The notes: a model not told the origin generated them from the sequence alone. DNA of 64,000 nt from Candidatus Poribacteria bacterium (GCA_016866785.1 VGLH01000002.1:14086-78085), one strand, 5' to 3'. Positions 1 to 10,431 are shown, counted from the first letter of the stretch. Translations and numbers: made by a program.

Positions 1-1
1 G

Positions 2-1732
2 ATCCACTTGGTGTCCACATTCGTCGTCCTGATTCCCGGATTGCTGCACGTGGCATTCATTCTCTCCCGCGTGTGGTCGCGACCTGAGAGCCGCGCGTCG
101 CGGGGCTTCGTCCTGACCACGGTTGTCGCGACCGTCGTCGGCATGGTCGCGATGGGCGTGCTCGGAGTCGTCTACTCGGGCACCGAGTACGTCAACGAGT
201 TCCCATCGGACTACAGCTTCCTCTACGGTGAGGATCGAGCGTTCGCGCCGAGTCTAGCCCGCACGACGACCGGTGGAGCCTACGACGCTCGTTCCCTGAG
301 CGGCTCGGAGTCCTGCGGCACGTCTGGATGCCACGAAGAGATTCTGGAGGAGTGGACCCCCAGCGCCCATCGATACGCGGCGAAGGATGTCCTGTTCCAG
401 GGCATCCAGAACGTCATGGCGCAGCAGAACGGACCGGAATCGACCCGATACTGCGGTGGATGCCACGACCCCATCTCGCTGTTCTCCGGCACGAAGAACA
501 TCTTCGTGGAGGACCTCACAGGGCTTCAGGGCTATCAGGAGGGCGTGTCGTGCCTCGCGTGCCACGCGATCCGCGAGACGGACGTGCAGGGTAACGCGAA
601 CTACCTCATTGCCCAGCCCTCGGAGTACCTCTGGCAATGGAGCACGTCCGGGCTATCGCGAGTCATGCGCGACTTCCTGATCCGCACCTACCCAGCGCAG
701 CACAACACGCTCAGCAAGCGGCTCTACAAGGCTCCTGAGTACTGCGCCGCGTGCCACAAGCAGTTCATCGACCAGGAGGTGAACCGCGTCGGATGGGTGC
801 AGCTCCAGAACCAGTACGACAACTGGAAGGCGAGCCACTGGAATGCCGAGACGGAGGATCAGAAGCGCGATCCCAAGAAGTCCATCGAGTGTCGTGAGTG
901 CCACATGCCGCTCGTGGATTCCAGCGATCCGGCGGCTGGCGACACGGGCGACTACAACCGCAAAGCGAACGACGGCAAGCATCGGAGCCATCGTTTCATC
1001 GCGTCGAACCAGATGATGCCAAAGCTGCTCGAGTTGCCGGGGTGGGAGAAGCAGGTGCAGTTGACCGAGGAGTGGCTGAAAGGCAGCTTCCCGGTACCAG
1101 AGATCGCCGACAAGTGGACTGAGGGCCCCATCGTCAAGATGGCGCTCGAAGTGCCTGAGTCCGTCGCCCCTGGCGAGAAAATGCCGATCCGCGTAGTGTT
1201 CACCTCAAACAAGGTGGGACATGACTACCCGACGGGCCCGCTGGACATCATCCAGAGCTGGCTCGAAATCCAAGTGACCGACCCGGATGGGAACGTCATC
1301 TTCACCAGCGGGACGCGAGACGACAAGAACTTCATTGAGCCTGGGTCGTTCCTCTTCAAGGCGGAACCGGTGGACCAATACGGGAACCTGATCGACCGCC
1401 ACAACCTGTGGGAGATGGTCGGCGTCCGCTACCGTCGCGCGCTGTTCCCGGGTCACTCGGACGCTGTCGAATACAGTGTGACCTGCCCATCGGGCGTCGC
1501 ATTGGCGCCGAACACCAAGTTCAAGCAGCCTACAGGGGACTCCGCCGCCAAGTCGATGGATGTGGACGCCCCGGCGACCGAGGGTGTCTACCGCGTGTCG
1601 GCGAAGCTCCAGTACCGCAAGGTGGACCAGTTCCTGCTCAATTTCCTTCTCGGCGAGAAGTCGGGCGTGAGTGCCCCGACGGTCGAAATCGACCGCGCCG
1701 AGGCTGAGGTCCGCGTCCGGAGGGGCACATGA
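2..1732 (+). CDS. multiheme c-type cytochrome, 5'-truncated at window edge
   Basis: Reading frame is open to nt 1 with no upstream stop in the window. Hydrophobic N-terminal helices. Five CXXCH heme-binding motifs (CGTSGCH, CGGCH, CLACH, CAACH, CRECH). Stop overlaps the next start (ATGA at 1729-1732). Confidence 0.8.
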   Translation: MHLVSTFVVLIPGLLHVAFILSRVWSRPESRASRGFVLTTVVATVVGMVAMGVLGVVYSGTEYVNEFPSDYSFLYGEDRAFAPSLARTTTGGAYDARSLSGSESCGTSGCHEEILEEWTPSAHRYAAKDVLFQGIQNVMAQQNGPESTRYCGGCHDPISLFSGTKNIFVEDLTGLQGYQEGVSCLACHAIRETDVQGNANYLIAQPSEYLWQWSTSGLSRVMRDFLIRTYPAQHNTLSKRLYKAPEYCAACHKQFIDQEVNRVGWVQLQNQYDNWKASHWNAETEDQKRDPKKSIECRECHMPLVDSSDPAAGDTGDYNRKANDGKHRSHRFIASNQMMPKLLELPGWEKQVQLTEEWLKGSFPVPEIADKWTEGPIVKMALEVPESVAPGEKMPIRVVFTSNKVGHDYPTGPLDIIQSWLEIQVTDPDGNVIFTSGTRDDKNFIEPGSFLFKAEPVDQYGNLIDRHNLWEMVGVRYRRALFPGHSDAVEYSVTCPSGVALAPNTKFKQPTGDSAAKSMDVDAPATEGVYRVSAKLQYRKVDQFLLNFLLGEKSGVSAPTVEIDRAEAEVRVRRGT

Positions 1733-4287
1733 CCGGAGGCACTGGCGAGAATCCGTCGCGGCGCAAGCCTGGACGACGAGTCCGACGGCTACGGTGGACC
1801 CTCATCGGGCTCGCCGTAACCGCAGCGGTTGGGGGCGCTATCGGCATCGGCGCGTACTGGGCGTCGCGCCCGAAAGCGTATGAACCGGGCAGCGAGGACA
1901 AAGACATCACGTCCGTTCTCCGAAAGGACATCCCGGCGGACGCCCCCTCTCCCAAGCTCGTGGACGTCACGCGGGAAGCCGGCATCGCCGACTTCCAGAC
2001 GTTCGTTGGGGCGAGGACGTCTCAACTCCCGGAAGATATGGGTCCGGGGATGGCTTGGGGCGACTTCGACAACGACGGCGACGAGGACCTCTTCCTCGTT
2101 AGCGCAGGCGGTCCGCTGACTGCCCCGGAAACCCAACTCGCGCCGTCGTCGCTCTTTGAGAACCGGGGCGATGGCACGTTCCAGAGAGTCGTCGGCTTTG
2201 CGGAGCCGCGTATCCACGGCATGGGCGCCGCATGGGGCGACGTGGACGGCGACGGGTGGCTCGACCTACTCGTCACAGGCTACGACGCTCTCCAGCTTTA
2301 CCGGAACCGCCAAGGCAAGCTGTCGCTCGACAAAGGGTTCTCAGCCCCCAAGGGCTTCTGGGCAACGGCTTCGTTCGCCGACTACGACCAGGACGGCGAC
2401 CTCGACCTGTACGTGTGCGGCTACGTCCAGTACAAGCCCAGCGATGGCTCGCAGCGAACGTCCACGCAGTACAGCTCTTCGGTTCCCTACACGCTGAACC
2501 CGTCTTCATACGAGCCGGAACAGAATCTCCTCTTCCGCAATCGCGGCGACGGGCGGTTCGATGAGGTCGCCGAGAAAGCAGGCGTCTCGAACCCGGAGGG
2601 ACGCAGTCTGTCTGCCATCTGGCATGACTTCAACGCCGACGGATGGCTCGACCTCTACGTGGCGAACGACGTGTCCGACAACGTCCTTTGGCTGAACCGT
2701 CGAGGGAAGTTCGAGGACATCAGTCACGCAGCATGGGTCGCCGACTATCGCGGCGCGATGGGGCTCGCCGCAGCCGACTGGAACCGAGACGGCGACGACG
2801 ACCTCTTCATCACTCACTGGCTGGCGCAGGAGAACGCGCTGTACGACTCCCTGTCCAACGACATGAAGGGACAGCCCGGAGCCGGCAGCGATGGGTTGCG
2901 GTTCATGGATATTGCGGATGCGCAGGGCTTGGGACAGGTGGCGCTGCAGTCGGTCGGTTGGGGAGCCGAGTTCGTCGACCTCGACGCCGACGGTTGGCTC
3001 GACCTGGTCGTTGCGAACGGTAGCACCATCGAGACGGAGGAGACACCGAAGCGCCTTCGCCCTCAGCCCATGTTCGCGTTCTGGGGCAACCACGGAGAGC
3101 GATTCTACGACTTGGCTCCCCTCGACCCGATTCTCGCGACGCCGAGAGTTGCGCGCGGGCTGTCGATGTGCGACTACGACCGCGACGGGGACATGGATAT
3201 CCTCGTCTCGACGGCGGATGATGGCGTTCGGCTGTTCCGCAACGACATGCAATCCGGCAACTGGGCGGAGTTCCGGATCCGCACAAAGGACGGATCGGGC
3301 CCGGGACGCGATGGAACCGGCGCGACCGTCATCGTGACCGTTGGCGGCGTCCGCATCCGACGTTCGCTGTCCCCCGCGTCCTATCTCTCGCAGAGCTCGC
3401 GCGTCATTCACGTGGGATTGGGCGACGCGACTCGGATCGACCGACTGGAGCTCCTCTATCCCGGCGAGAAGCCCACGATCTACACCGACCTGGCGACGAA
3501 CACCGCGTGGGAGCTCACCGTTGGCGACACGACGGCGCGACAGGTCGGCAAGTCGGCGGCAGGCTCGTCCGCCAAATCGTCGTTGAGCCGCGAGCAGGTC
3601 GTCGAGTTCTGGCGGCTGCACCGCGCTGGCATGGACGCCATCAAGCGAGACAAGGACTTCGCAAGAGCCGTCGGGTCCTTCCGGCAGGCGTTGGAAATCG
3701 ACCCTAACCACGAAGACGCCCGGTACTACCTGGGCAACGCGCTGGCGGAGATCGGCGACATCGCCGGAGCCCTGAACCAGTTCGAGGCGTTGACGCGCGT
3801 CAATCCCAGCAGCCATCGAGGCTTCGCGCGTCACGGAACTCTTCTTGCCATCATGGCGAAGTCCCAGCGCGACCTCGATACGTCCCAATCGATCCTTGAG
3901 AAGGCGCTCGCACTCAACCCGGAGGAGACCGGCGCGCTGCTGACGCTTGGGGAAATCGCCCTGATGCGCGGCGACCTCGAGACAAGCCGACAGCGGCTCG
4001 AATGGGCTGCCCATAGCAATCCGCGAGCAACGGGGTCGTACTTCCTCCGAGCCTACATCGCGTGGAAAGCAAAGGACGCGGCTCGCTCGACGGAGCTGCT
4101 GCGCAAGGCGCGCGAGACGCTCGGGCCCGACTGGAAGCCCGAAGGAACTACCGCCGAAGGCGACGTGATCCACAAAGTGCACGACGACACGACCCCGCTC
4201 TCACCGTACTGGGACAGTTGGGATGGCAAGCCGAACCCGTCGACGGCGTTTGTGGCACTGGAGCGGGCGCTGCGCCTGCACTTCTGA
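1729..4287 (+). CDS. CRTAC1/ASPIC-UnbV family protein with FG-GAP-like Ca-binding repeats and C-terminal TPR repeats
   Basis: N-terminal membrane anchor. Repeated DxDxDGxxD loops (GDFDNDGDEDLF, GDVDGDGWLDLL, ADYDQDGDLDLY, DFNADGWLDLY, DWNRDGDDDLF, CDYDRDGDMDIL). UnbV/ASPIC-like segment (GTGATVIVTVGGVRIRR...LELLYPGEK). TPR-like helical repeats at the C-terminus. Confidence 0.8.
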   Translation: MTGGTGENPSRRKPGRRVRRLRWTLIGLAVTAAVGGAIGIGAYWASRPKAYEPGSEDKDITSVLRKDIPADAPSPKLVDVTREAGIADFQTFVGARTSQLPEDMGPGMAWGDFDNDGDEDLFLVSAGGPLTAPETQLAPSSLFENRGDGTFQRVVGFAEPRIHGMGAAWGDVDGDGWLDLLVTGYDALQLYRNRQGKLSLDKGFSAPKGFWATASFADYDQDGDLDLYVCGYVQYKPSDGSQRTSTQYSSSVPYTLNPSSYEPEQNLLFRNRGDGRFDEVAEKAGVSNPEGRSLSAIWHDFNADGWLDLYVANDVSDNVLWLNRRGKFEDISHAAWVADYRGAMGLAAADWNRDGDDDLFITHWLAQENALYDSLSNDMKGQPGAGSDGLRFMDIADAQGLGQVALQSVGWGAEFVDLDADGWLDLVVANGSTIETEETPKRLRPQPMFAFWGNHGERFYDLAPLDPILATPRVARGLSMCDYDRDGDMDILVSTADDGVRLFRNDMQSGNWAEFRIRTKDGSGPGRDGTGATVIVTVGGVRIRRSLSPASYLSQSSRVIHVGLGDATRIDRLELLYPGEKPTIYTDLATNTAWELTVGDTTARQVGKSAAGSSAKSSLSREQVVEFWRLHRAGMDAIKRDKDFARAVGSFRQALEIDPNHEDARYYLGNALAEIGDIAGALNQFEALTRVNPSSHRGFARHGTLLAIMAKSQRDLDTSQSILEKALALNPEETGALLTLGEIALMRGDLETSRQRLEWAAHSNPRATGSYFLRAYIAWKAKDAARSTELLRKARETLGPDWKPEGTTAEGDVIHKVHDDTTPLSPYWDSWDGKPNPSTAFVALERALRLHF

Positions 4288-4311
4288 CACACGCGCTCGA
4301 GGAAGGACACG

Positions 4312-6078
4312 ATGGATTCCCCTCGACTTCGTGGTTCCGACGGACCCCTCCGGTTCAGCGCCTACGTACCCGCCGAGAACGTGACGCGGCTCTTGTCAAG
4401 CGCCGAGGGACTGGACGAGGCGATCCGGCTGTGGCGCGCCAATGGCGTCACGAAGGTGTACCTCGACTGCCTTCGCGGCGGGCATTTCCCCGGCGAGCAA
4501 GTGCTCAGCACCGCGCGCGACACGATCCGACAAGCTGGGATCGGCGTCGCCGCAGGCATCACGCCGACTGCTGGCACGGGCAAGGCGTCGACGCACGGAC
4601 GCTGGTGGCTGTGCTACACGAATCGGTCCACTCAACGAGAGTTGGCGGACATCGTCACGCGGACAGCGCGTCTGTTCGATGAGCTCATCGTCGACGACTT
4701 CCTCTGCACTCAGTGCCAGTGTGACGAGTGCCGGGATGCGCGTGGCACGTCAACGTGGGTCGATTACTACGCATCGCTCATGCGTCATATCGCCGCTGAG
4801 TGCATCTTGGGTCCTGCGCGAGCCGTCAATCCGGATATCCACGTCGTCATCAAGTACCCGCAGTGGTACGACCGGTTCCACGCCTTCGGATACGATGTGA
4901 CGAGCCATCCGAGCCGCTTCGACGAGGTCTGGGTCGGAACCGAGATCCGCGATACACTGGTCGAGTATGTGCATCCGTACCAAGCCTTCGCCAACTACTC
5001 TTGGCTCGCGTCGCTGTCCGGGGAACGCATCGGCGGCGCGTGGTTCGACTTCATCAACTGCTACCCGGAGCGCTACGTCGAGCAGGCAGTGCAGAGCGTC
5101 CTCGCTGGAGCCCGCGAGTGCATCCGGTTCCACTACGATCCTGCGCTCTGGGACCCCGCCGTCGAGAACACAGCAGCGCTGTTGAGGGAGACCCTTCGCC
5201 TCGCCCGGCTCGCCGACGCACTGGGATCGCGCCGGGCGCAAGGCGTCACGTTCGTCAAGCCGACGGGCTCCGATGGCAGGGACGAGACCTACCTGCCGGA
5301 CTATCTCGGCATGCTGGGGTTGCCACTCGTGATGGCGCACGAGTTCCCGGTCGAGGCAGATGCCGTCTGCCTCGCCGTCCACGCAGCCGGCGACGCGGAT
5401 CTCTCCGAGCGGGCTCTCGCGTTCGCTCGCAGCGGCGGAACGCTCCTGCTGACGCCGGGCTACGTCGAAGCGATGGCGCACGACACGCATGTCCTCGAAG
5501 CGGCGGGACTTGCGAGCCCGCCCGTCGCTCGGAGCGACTCGTGGACGTTCCGGTTCGCCGTCGGCGGCGCACGAGCCGATGGCGAGGCGCACGTCCGGTT
5601 CAGCGCGCGTCCGGTTCCGGCAGGAGCGAACACGCTCGCATCGGCGATCTGCGCCAACGGTTCCTTCCCGGTGCTCACATCGCGTGCATATGGGCAGGGC
5701 ACGGTGCACGTGCTGAACACGACGACCTTCCAGTACGCCGAGGGATCGGGACGCGTGACGACGGGCGAGCCCGTGTCGCTCCCCCATCTGCCGCAGGCAG
5801 TCGTCGACGCGATCCGGACTGCGGCTCTCCCCAAAGCGCCGGTCAGCGTGTCGGTTCGCTCTCAGGTTGGCGTCTACCGATTCGGCGACCTGTTCGTGCT
5901 GTGCAACTTCAACGATCAGGCTGTGTCGGCGGTTCTGTCCAGCGCGACAGCAACGGATGGACCCATCGTCGATCCGACCAGCGGCGAGCGAGTCGCGAGC
6001 TGGCAGGACGGCGAGACGACAGTGCGCATACCGAGACGCGACTACGTCGTACTTCGGGTTGGTGAAGGAGCCATGTGA
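4312..6078 (+). CDS. hypothetical protein (588 aa), first gene of a translationally coupled five-gene cluster
   Basis: Long ORF with uniform GC-rich coding composition and no motif I can name. Its stop overlaps the next start (ATGTGATG at 6072-6080). Confidence 0.55.
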   Translation: MDSPRLRGSDGPLRFSAYVPAENVTRLLSSAEGLDEAIRLWRANGVTKVYLDCLRGGHFPGEQVLSTARDTIRQAGIGVAAGITPTAGTGKASTHGRWWLCYTNRSTQRELADIVTRTARLFDELIVDDFLCTQCQCDECRDARGTSTWVDYYASLMRHIAAECILGPARAVNPDIHVVIKYPQWYDRFHAFGYDVTSHPSRFDEVWVGTEIRDTLVEYVHPYQAFANYSWLASLSGERIGGAWFDFINCYPERYVEQAVQSVLAGARECIRFHYDPALWDPAVENTAALLRETLRLARLADALGSRRAQGVTFVKPTGSDGRDETYLPDYLGMLGLPLVMAHEFPVEADAVCLAVHAAGDADLSERALAFARSGGTLLLTPGYVEAMAHDTHVLEAAGLASPPVARSDSWTFRFAVGGARADGEAHVRFSARPVPAGANTLASAICANGSFPVLTSRAYGQGTVHVLNTTTFQYAEGSGRVTTGEPVSLPHLPQAVVDAIRTAALPKAPVSVSVRSQVGVYRFGDLFVLCNFNDQAVSAVLSSATATDGPIVDPTSGERVASWQDGETTVRIPRRDYVVLRVGEGAM

Positions 6079-7076
6079 TGCTGCGGATCGCCATCACGGG
6101 CGCGGGCTCGATGGGAAGGGCTCACGCGCGATCCATCGGAACCTACGGGGCCCGCGTCGGCGCCGTCCATGATGTCAACGCCGAAGCAGCCAGCGCGCTT
6201 GCCAACGAGTGCGGCGCGGAAGCGGCTACGACCCATCTCGATGAGCTCTTCACGGGGGAGCCCGACGGGTTGGTGGTCGCGACGCCGCCGGCGTCACGTA
6301 TCGAGCCGATCCGGCTGGCTTGCGAGCATGGCGTCGCATTGATGATCGAGAAGCCACCGGCGCTCACGATGCGCGATGGGCTCGCCTGCCAGCGCCTGGT
6401 CCGCGACGCAGGCGTGCTGGCGGCTGTCGGGCTGCAGCTTCGTTACCATCCGCTCTACGAACGGCTGCGCGAAATGCTCGCCGGTCAGACCATCCACCTG
6501 GCGCGGACGGTGTGCACCGTCGACTACTACCTCAGCTTCCGCATGAACCCATGGTTCCTGCAGATCGAGCACAGCGGCGGGCCCCTGCCGGAGCAGGCGG
6601 GGCACATACTCGACGCCCTGCGTTACGTCCTTGGCGACCCGAAGCCGATACGCGCCCACGCCTTCGCCGTCAAGAACATGGCGCACGACCGTGCCGAGTT
6701 CGACTCGGAGAACGCCATCCAGGTCTCCTACGAGCTCGACAACGGCGTCTTCGGGACGCACATGAACCACTGCGGGACCGAGCGATTCGCCTTCGACCTG
6801 GAGGTCACGGGTCCGCATCTGCGGCTCCAAGCCAACATCACCGAGGGTCGGATCAAGGGCTACCTGCACGGCAAGGACGTTGACGAACCAGCTCCGGCGC
6901 AGAGCTCGCTCGGGCTGGACAAGACGGCGGCGTGGCTGCGTGCCATCGAGACGGGCGATACGTCGCTTGTGCGCTCCCCGTTCGACGATGCGTTGCAGAC
7001 GCTCGCGCTCATCGACGCAGCCGTGCGCTCCCGCAACTCGGGGGTGTTCGCCGATGTGAAGGGCTCCGATGGCTAG
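6075..7076 (+). CDS. Gfo/Idh/MocA family NAD(P)-dependent oxidoreductase
   Basis: N-terminal Rossmann motif IAITGAGSMGRAHA. Typical ~330 aa length. EKP motif (LMIEKPPA). Confidence 0.85.
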   Translation: MMLRIAITGAGSMGRAHARSIGTYGARVGAVHDVNAEAASALANECGAEAATTHLDELFTGEPDGLVVATPPASRIEPIRLACEHGVALMIEKPPALTMRDGLACQRLVRDAGVLAAVGLQLRYHPLYERLREMLAGQTIHLARTVCTVDYYLSFRMNPWFLQIEHSGGPLPEQAGHILDALRYVLGDPKPIRAHAFAVKNMAHDRAEFDSENAIQVSYELDNGVFGTHMNHCGTERFAFDLEVTGPHLRLQANITEGRIKGYLHGKDVDEPAPAQSSLGLDKTAAWLRAIETGDTSLVRSPFDDALQTLALIDAAVRSRNSGVFADVKGSDG

Positions 7077-7836
7077 GGCTCGCGTGCTCATCACGGGCGG
7101 TTCCGGCTATCTTGCGGGCTCCATCGCATCGCGCCTGCGGCAATCCTGCGATCTCACGCTGATGGATCGTGTGGAACCGCCCGCCGACCGCTCCGACCTG
7201 CCGTTCAGTCGCGGGGACATCACGTCGTTCGATGACGTGCGTGCCGCCTGTCGTGATCAGGATGCTGTCGTGCACACGGTCGCGCTCGTCCGCGAGCGTT
7301 TCGGCAAGCCGCATGGGCTCTTCGCCGATGTCATGGTGAAGGGCACCTGGAACGTCGCCGAAGCGTGCGCTCAGCAGGGCGTGAGACGCATCGTCCACAT
7401 ATCGAGTGTCATCGCGTCCGGCACTCCGGCGCGTTCCGACCATCCGTACGCTGTTGGCGATCCGTGCGTCTACGCGCCCGGCGATCTTTTCTACTGCCTC
7501 GCCAAGCGACTCGCAGAGCAGGTCTTGGACGCGAGCGCACAGGCACACGGCTTTCGTGTGATCCACCTGAGACCCGGCATCATCGCCGGAGACGGGCTGA
7601 ACCGCGAGCCTGCCAAGCCCGCAGGAGACCCGCGCTATTGGTTCATGCATGTCGATCCGCGAGATGTTGCGCAGGCGGTCGAGCTGGCGCTGGTATCAGA
7701 CCTGACGTCGGGCTGCTACCACATCGTGGCAGGACGCGCCGACAGCCGGTACGAGTGGGAGAGCGCGACCCGTGATCTGGGCTACACTCCTGAGCACAAC
7801 TGGAAGCACATCCCCGTCAGTGAGGTGAACCCATGA
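7069..7836 (+). CDS. NAD-dependent epimerase/dehydratase family protein
   Basis: N-terminal VLITGGSGYLAG Rossmann motif. Start overlaps the previous stop. Confidence 0.8.
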   Translation: MARARVLITGGSGYLAGSIASRLRQSCDLTLMDRVEPPADRSDLPFSRGDITSFDDVRAACRDQDAVVHTVALVRERFGKPHGLFADVMVKGTWNVAEACAQQGVRRIVHISSVIASGTPARSDHPYAVGDPCVYAPGDLFYCLAKRLAEQVLDASAQAHGFRVIHLRPGIIAGDGLNREPAKPAGDPRYWFMHVDPRDVAQAVELALVSDLTSGCYHIVAGRADSRYEWESATRDLGYTPEHNWKHIPVSEVNP

Positions 7837-8528
7837 CCGTCAAGGGCCAGCACGTCGTCGTCACGGGTGCTAGCCGTGGTCTGGGCAGAGCGGTTGCCGA
7901 AGCGTTCCTCGCCGCCGGAGCACGCGTCTGCGGAACCGGTCGCGACCCGGAAGCGCTCGAGGAGACGCGCTCGCGGCTCGAAGCCATCGGCGGCGACTTC
8001 GAGCTCGTGACCCTCGACGTCCGTCACGAGGAATCCGTCTGCGACCTGATGCAGCGGTTGGATCGACTCGATATCGTCGTCAACAACGCCGGCATTGCTC
8101 GCATCAAGCCGCTGCTCGATACGGCAACAGAGGAGCTGTGCCAGACATTTTCCGTCAACGTCGTGGGCGCGTTCGTCGTCATGCGCGAGGCGGCGCGTCG
8201 CATGGTGGCGTCGGGCGGCGGACTAATCGTCAACATCGCGTCCGACGCGGCGATCCGGGGCATCCCACGGATGGCTCCTTACGTCGCGAGCAAACACGCG
8301 CTGCTGGGCATGGGACGCTCCGCGAGCCTCGAACTGCGCGGATCCGGGGTGCGCGTCACCACATTCTGCCCGGGGCCCATCGCCACCGACATCTTGGGGC
8401 CCGGAACCGCGAGCCCAAACGCGATGACCTGCAAGTCGCTCGCAGAACTGATCGTCAGCATCGCATCGCTGCCGCCCAACGCAGAGCTGCAGGAACTCCT
8501 GATCCAGCCGTCGCCCGTCGTCTCCTAG
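7833..8528 (+). CDS. SDR family oxidoreductase (short-chain dehydrogenase)
   Basis: TGASRGLGRAVA cofactor motif. NNAG motif. YVASKHAL catalytic YxxxK. Confidence 0.85.
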   Translation: MTVKGQHVVVTGASRGLGRAVAEAFLAAGARVCGTGRDPEALEETRSRLEAIGGDFELVTLDVRHEESVCDLMQRLDRLDIVVNNAGIARIKPLLDTATEELCQTFSVNVVGAFVVMREAARRMVASGGGLIVNIASDAAIRGIPRMAPYVASKHALLGMGRSASLELRGSGVRVTTFCPGPIATDILGPGTASPNAMTCKSLAELIVSIASLPPNAELQELLIQPSPVVS

Positions 8529-8554
8529 CCGAACACAGATGGGAGGGTCCGCCC

Positions 8555-9559
8555 ATGTCGGTTCCGCGTCTCTCGAACGATGCCATCGGTTGGCTGGCGC
8601 GTCGCGTCGCTGAAGCCTCCGCGAAGTTGCCGCGTGAGTTCGCGGACGTCGCGTCCTGGGAGGGCTGGCGCGACGACATGCGCGCTCGGCTCCGTTCCCG
8701 TATCGGCGTCCCGTATCTCGAACCGACGGAGGAAGCTGTCATTCGCAGCGACACGGTGATCGCCTCTCATGCTCGGCTTGAGCGCGTCGATATCCCCGCC
8801 GACGCCGACTACGCGATCCCTGCCTTCGTCGTGAAGCCGGCAGAACCGAAGGCAGACGGCGGACCTGGCATCGTGCTGTGCCCCGGATGGCCCCAGACGA
8901 AGTGGGAGCCGCAGTTCATGCGGTTCGGCGAACGGATGGCGAGGCACGGGTTCGTGACGGCGATTCTCGATCACGCGCCCTTCGGCGAGACGAGCCACAA
9001 CACGATGCCCGGCGCGATGACCCACGTCATGGGCATCGGGAACCTGCTGGGCATCAGTCAGCTCGCGCTCCGAGCCGCCGAGGCGATGTGCGTCGGCGAG
9101 TACCTGCGGATGCGCGACGACGTGCGGTCGGATCGGGTAGCAATTACAGGCCTGTGCCAGGGCGGGATGACGACGTGGATGGCAGGCGGGCTCGACAACC
9201 GCTTCGCCGCCGTCGCTCCGGTCGCGTCGGGAACCACGTTCACGGCGTGGGCAGTCGAGATGAGCCGCTACCGGGCGCTCGGAGACGTGTCGCCCTATCC
9301 GTTCGGGCTCATCGAGGTGTGCGACACGGAGCACCTGCACGCGGCCGTCGCGCCGAGGCCCCTGCTCGTTCAGGCGAACACGCCGGACGACTGGTGGCCC
9401 CTCAGCGGGTTCCAGCAGATCGAATCGTTCTCGCGGCAGGTGTACGAGCTCTACGGGGCGGAGGAACGCTGCGAGTTCGTCGGCGAGATGCACGAGCACG
9501 CGATCACGGGGCCCTTCGCCGACCGACTCGAAGCGTTCCTCCTCAAGCACCTGGGCTAG
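8555..9559 (+). CDS. dienelactone hydrolase family alpha/beta hydrolase
   Basis: Start chosen at the internal ATG preceded by GGGAGGG; the upstream part of the tracked ORF overlaps the SDR gene. Nucleophile elbow GLCQGG with Cys, typical of dienelactone hydrolases. Confidence 0.7.
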   Translation: MSVPRLSNDAIGWLARRVAEASAKLPREFADVASWEGWRDDMRARLRSRIGVPYLEPTEEAVIRSDTVIASHARLERVDIPADADYAIPAFVVKPAEPKADGGPGIVLCPGWPQTKWEPQFMRFGERMARHGFVTAILDHAPFGETSHNTMPGAMTHVMGIGNLLGISQLALRAAEAMCVGEYLRMRDDVRSDRVAITGLCQGGMTTWMAGGLDNRFAAVAPVASGTTFTAWAVEMSRYRALGDVSPYPFGLIEVCDTEHLHAAVAPRPLLVQANTPDDWWPLSGFQQIESFSRQVYELYGAEERCEFVGEMHEHAITGPFADRLEAFLLKHLG

Positions 9560-10431
9560 AGCAGCGCCCGCAGGTAGTCCACGGACGCCTTCGTCGCCGC
9601 CGAGTATTCCTCGTCGGTCAGAACGCCGCCACCGTGGTCTTGGATGAACTTGAGCTGCGACGCGGGACCCTCCGCCGAGTCGTCGGCGCGTGTCCCAGCG
9701 AGAATCGTCCGTTCGACGGGGTTGACGAACTCGACCGTGAGGTGCCCTTCGTAGCCGACCGACTTGAGCGTGTCCACGATGTCCCTCCAGTTCACGTGCC
9801 CCAGACCCGGAGGCTTCCGGTTGCTGTCGGCGACGTGAAAGTCGAGGAGGCGCTTGCCCAGAGAGCGGATCGTCGCCAGCGAATCCTCTTCCTCGATGTT
9901 CATGTGGAAGGCGTCGACGCAGATGCCGATGTCCTCCCCGATGGCGTCCGCGAGGGCGACCGCCTGCTCGCCACGGTTGATGAAGTAGGTCTCGAACCGG
10001 TTGATCGGCTCGATGGCGATCTGGACACCGAGCTTGCGGGCGACGTCGGCGACACGCTTCATGCCATCGACCGCCCACTCCCATTCCTGCTCGATGGAGG
10101 CGTCCGGAGCCGTCTTTCCGACCGTCGCCGGCACGGTCGTCATGATCTGACCGCCCAGACCGGCGACCATGCGGATACAGTCCTGCAGGTAGAGGATCGT
10201 TCCCTCGCGGAGGTACTTGTCAGCGAGTGTGAGTCCCCGTCCTTCCGTCATGATCGAAACGGAACCTCGGCACGTGATCCCGTGCTTTTCGAGGGTCTTG
10301 CGCGTCTCGTCGATGGGGTACAGCTCCGGTTCGCCGCTGATCTCGATGGCGTCGTAGCCGAAGCGCGCCAACCGCTCGACGGTCTGTTCGAGCGGCTCGG
10401 GTCGCATCCAGTTGTGCATCCCGATCTTCAT
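9556..10431 (-). CDS. sugar phosphate isomerase/epimerase (xylose isomerase-like TIM barrel)
   Basis: MKIGMHNW... N-terminus and xylose-isomerase-like TIM signature (FGYDAIEISGE). Start chosen at the internal ATG 10431 with an upstream GGAGGAG; the longer R-rich extension was rejected. Confidence 0.8.
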   Translation of the reverse strand: MKIGMHNWMRPEPLEQTVERLARFGYDAIEISGEPELYPIDETRKTLEKHGITCRGSVSIMTEGRGLTLADKYLREGTILYLQDCIRMVAGLGGQIMTTVPATVGKTAPDASIEQEWEWAVDGMKRVADVARKLGVQIAIEPINRFETYFINRGEQAVALADAIGEDIGICVDAFHMNIEEEDSLATIRSLGKRLLDFHVADSNRKPPGLGHVNWRDIVDTLKSVGYEGHLTVEFVNPVERTILAGTRADDSAEGPASQLKFIQDHGGGVLTDEEYSAATKASVDYLRALL

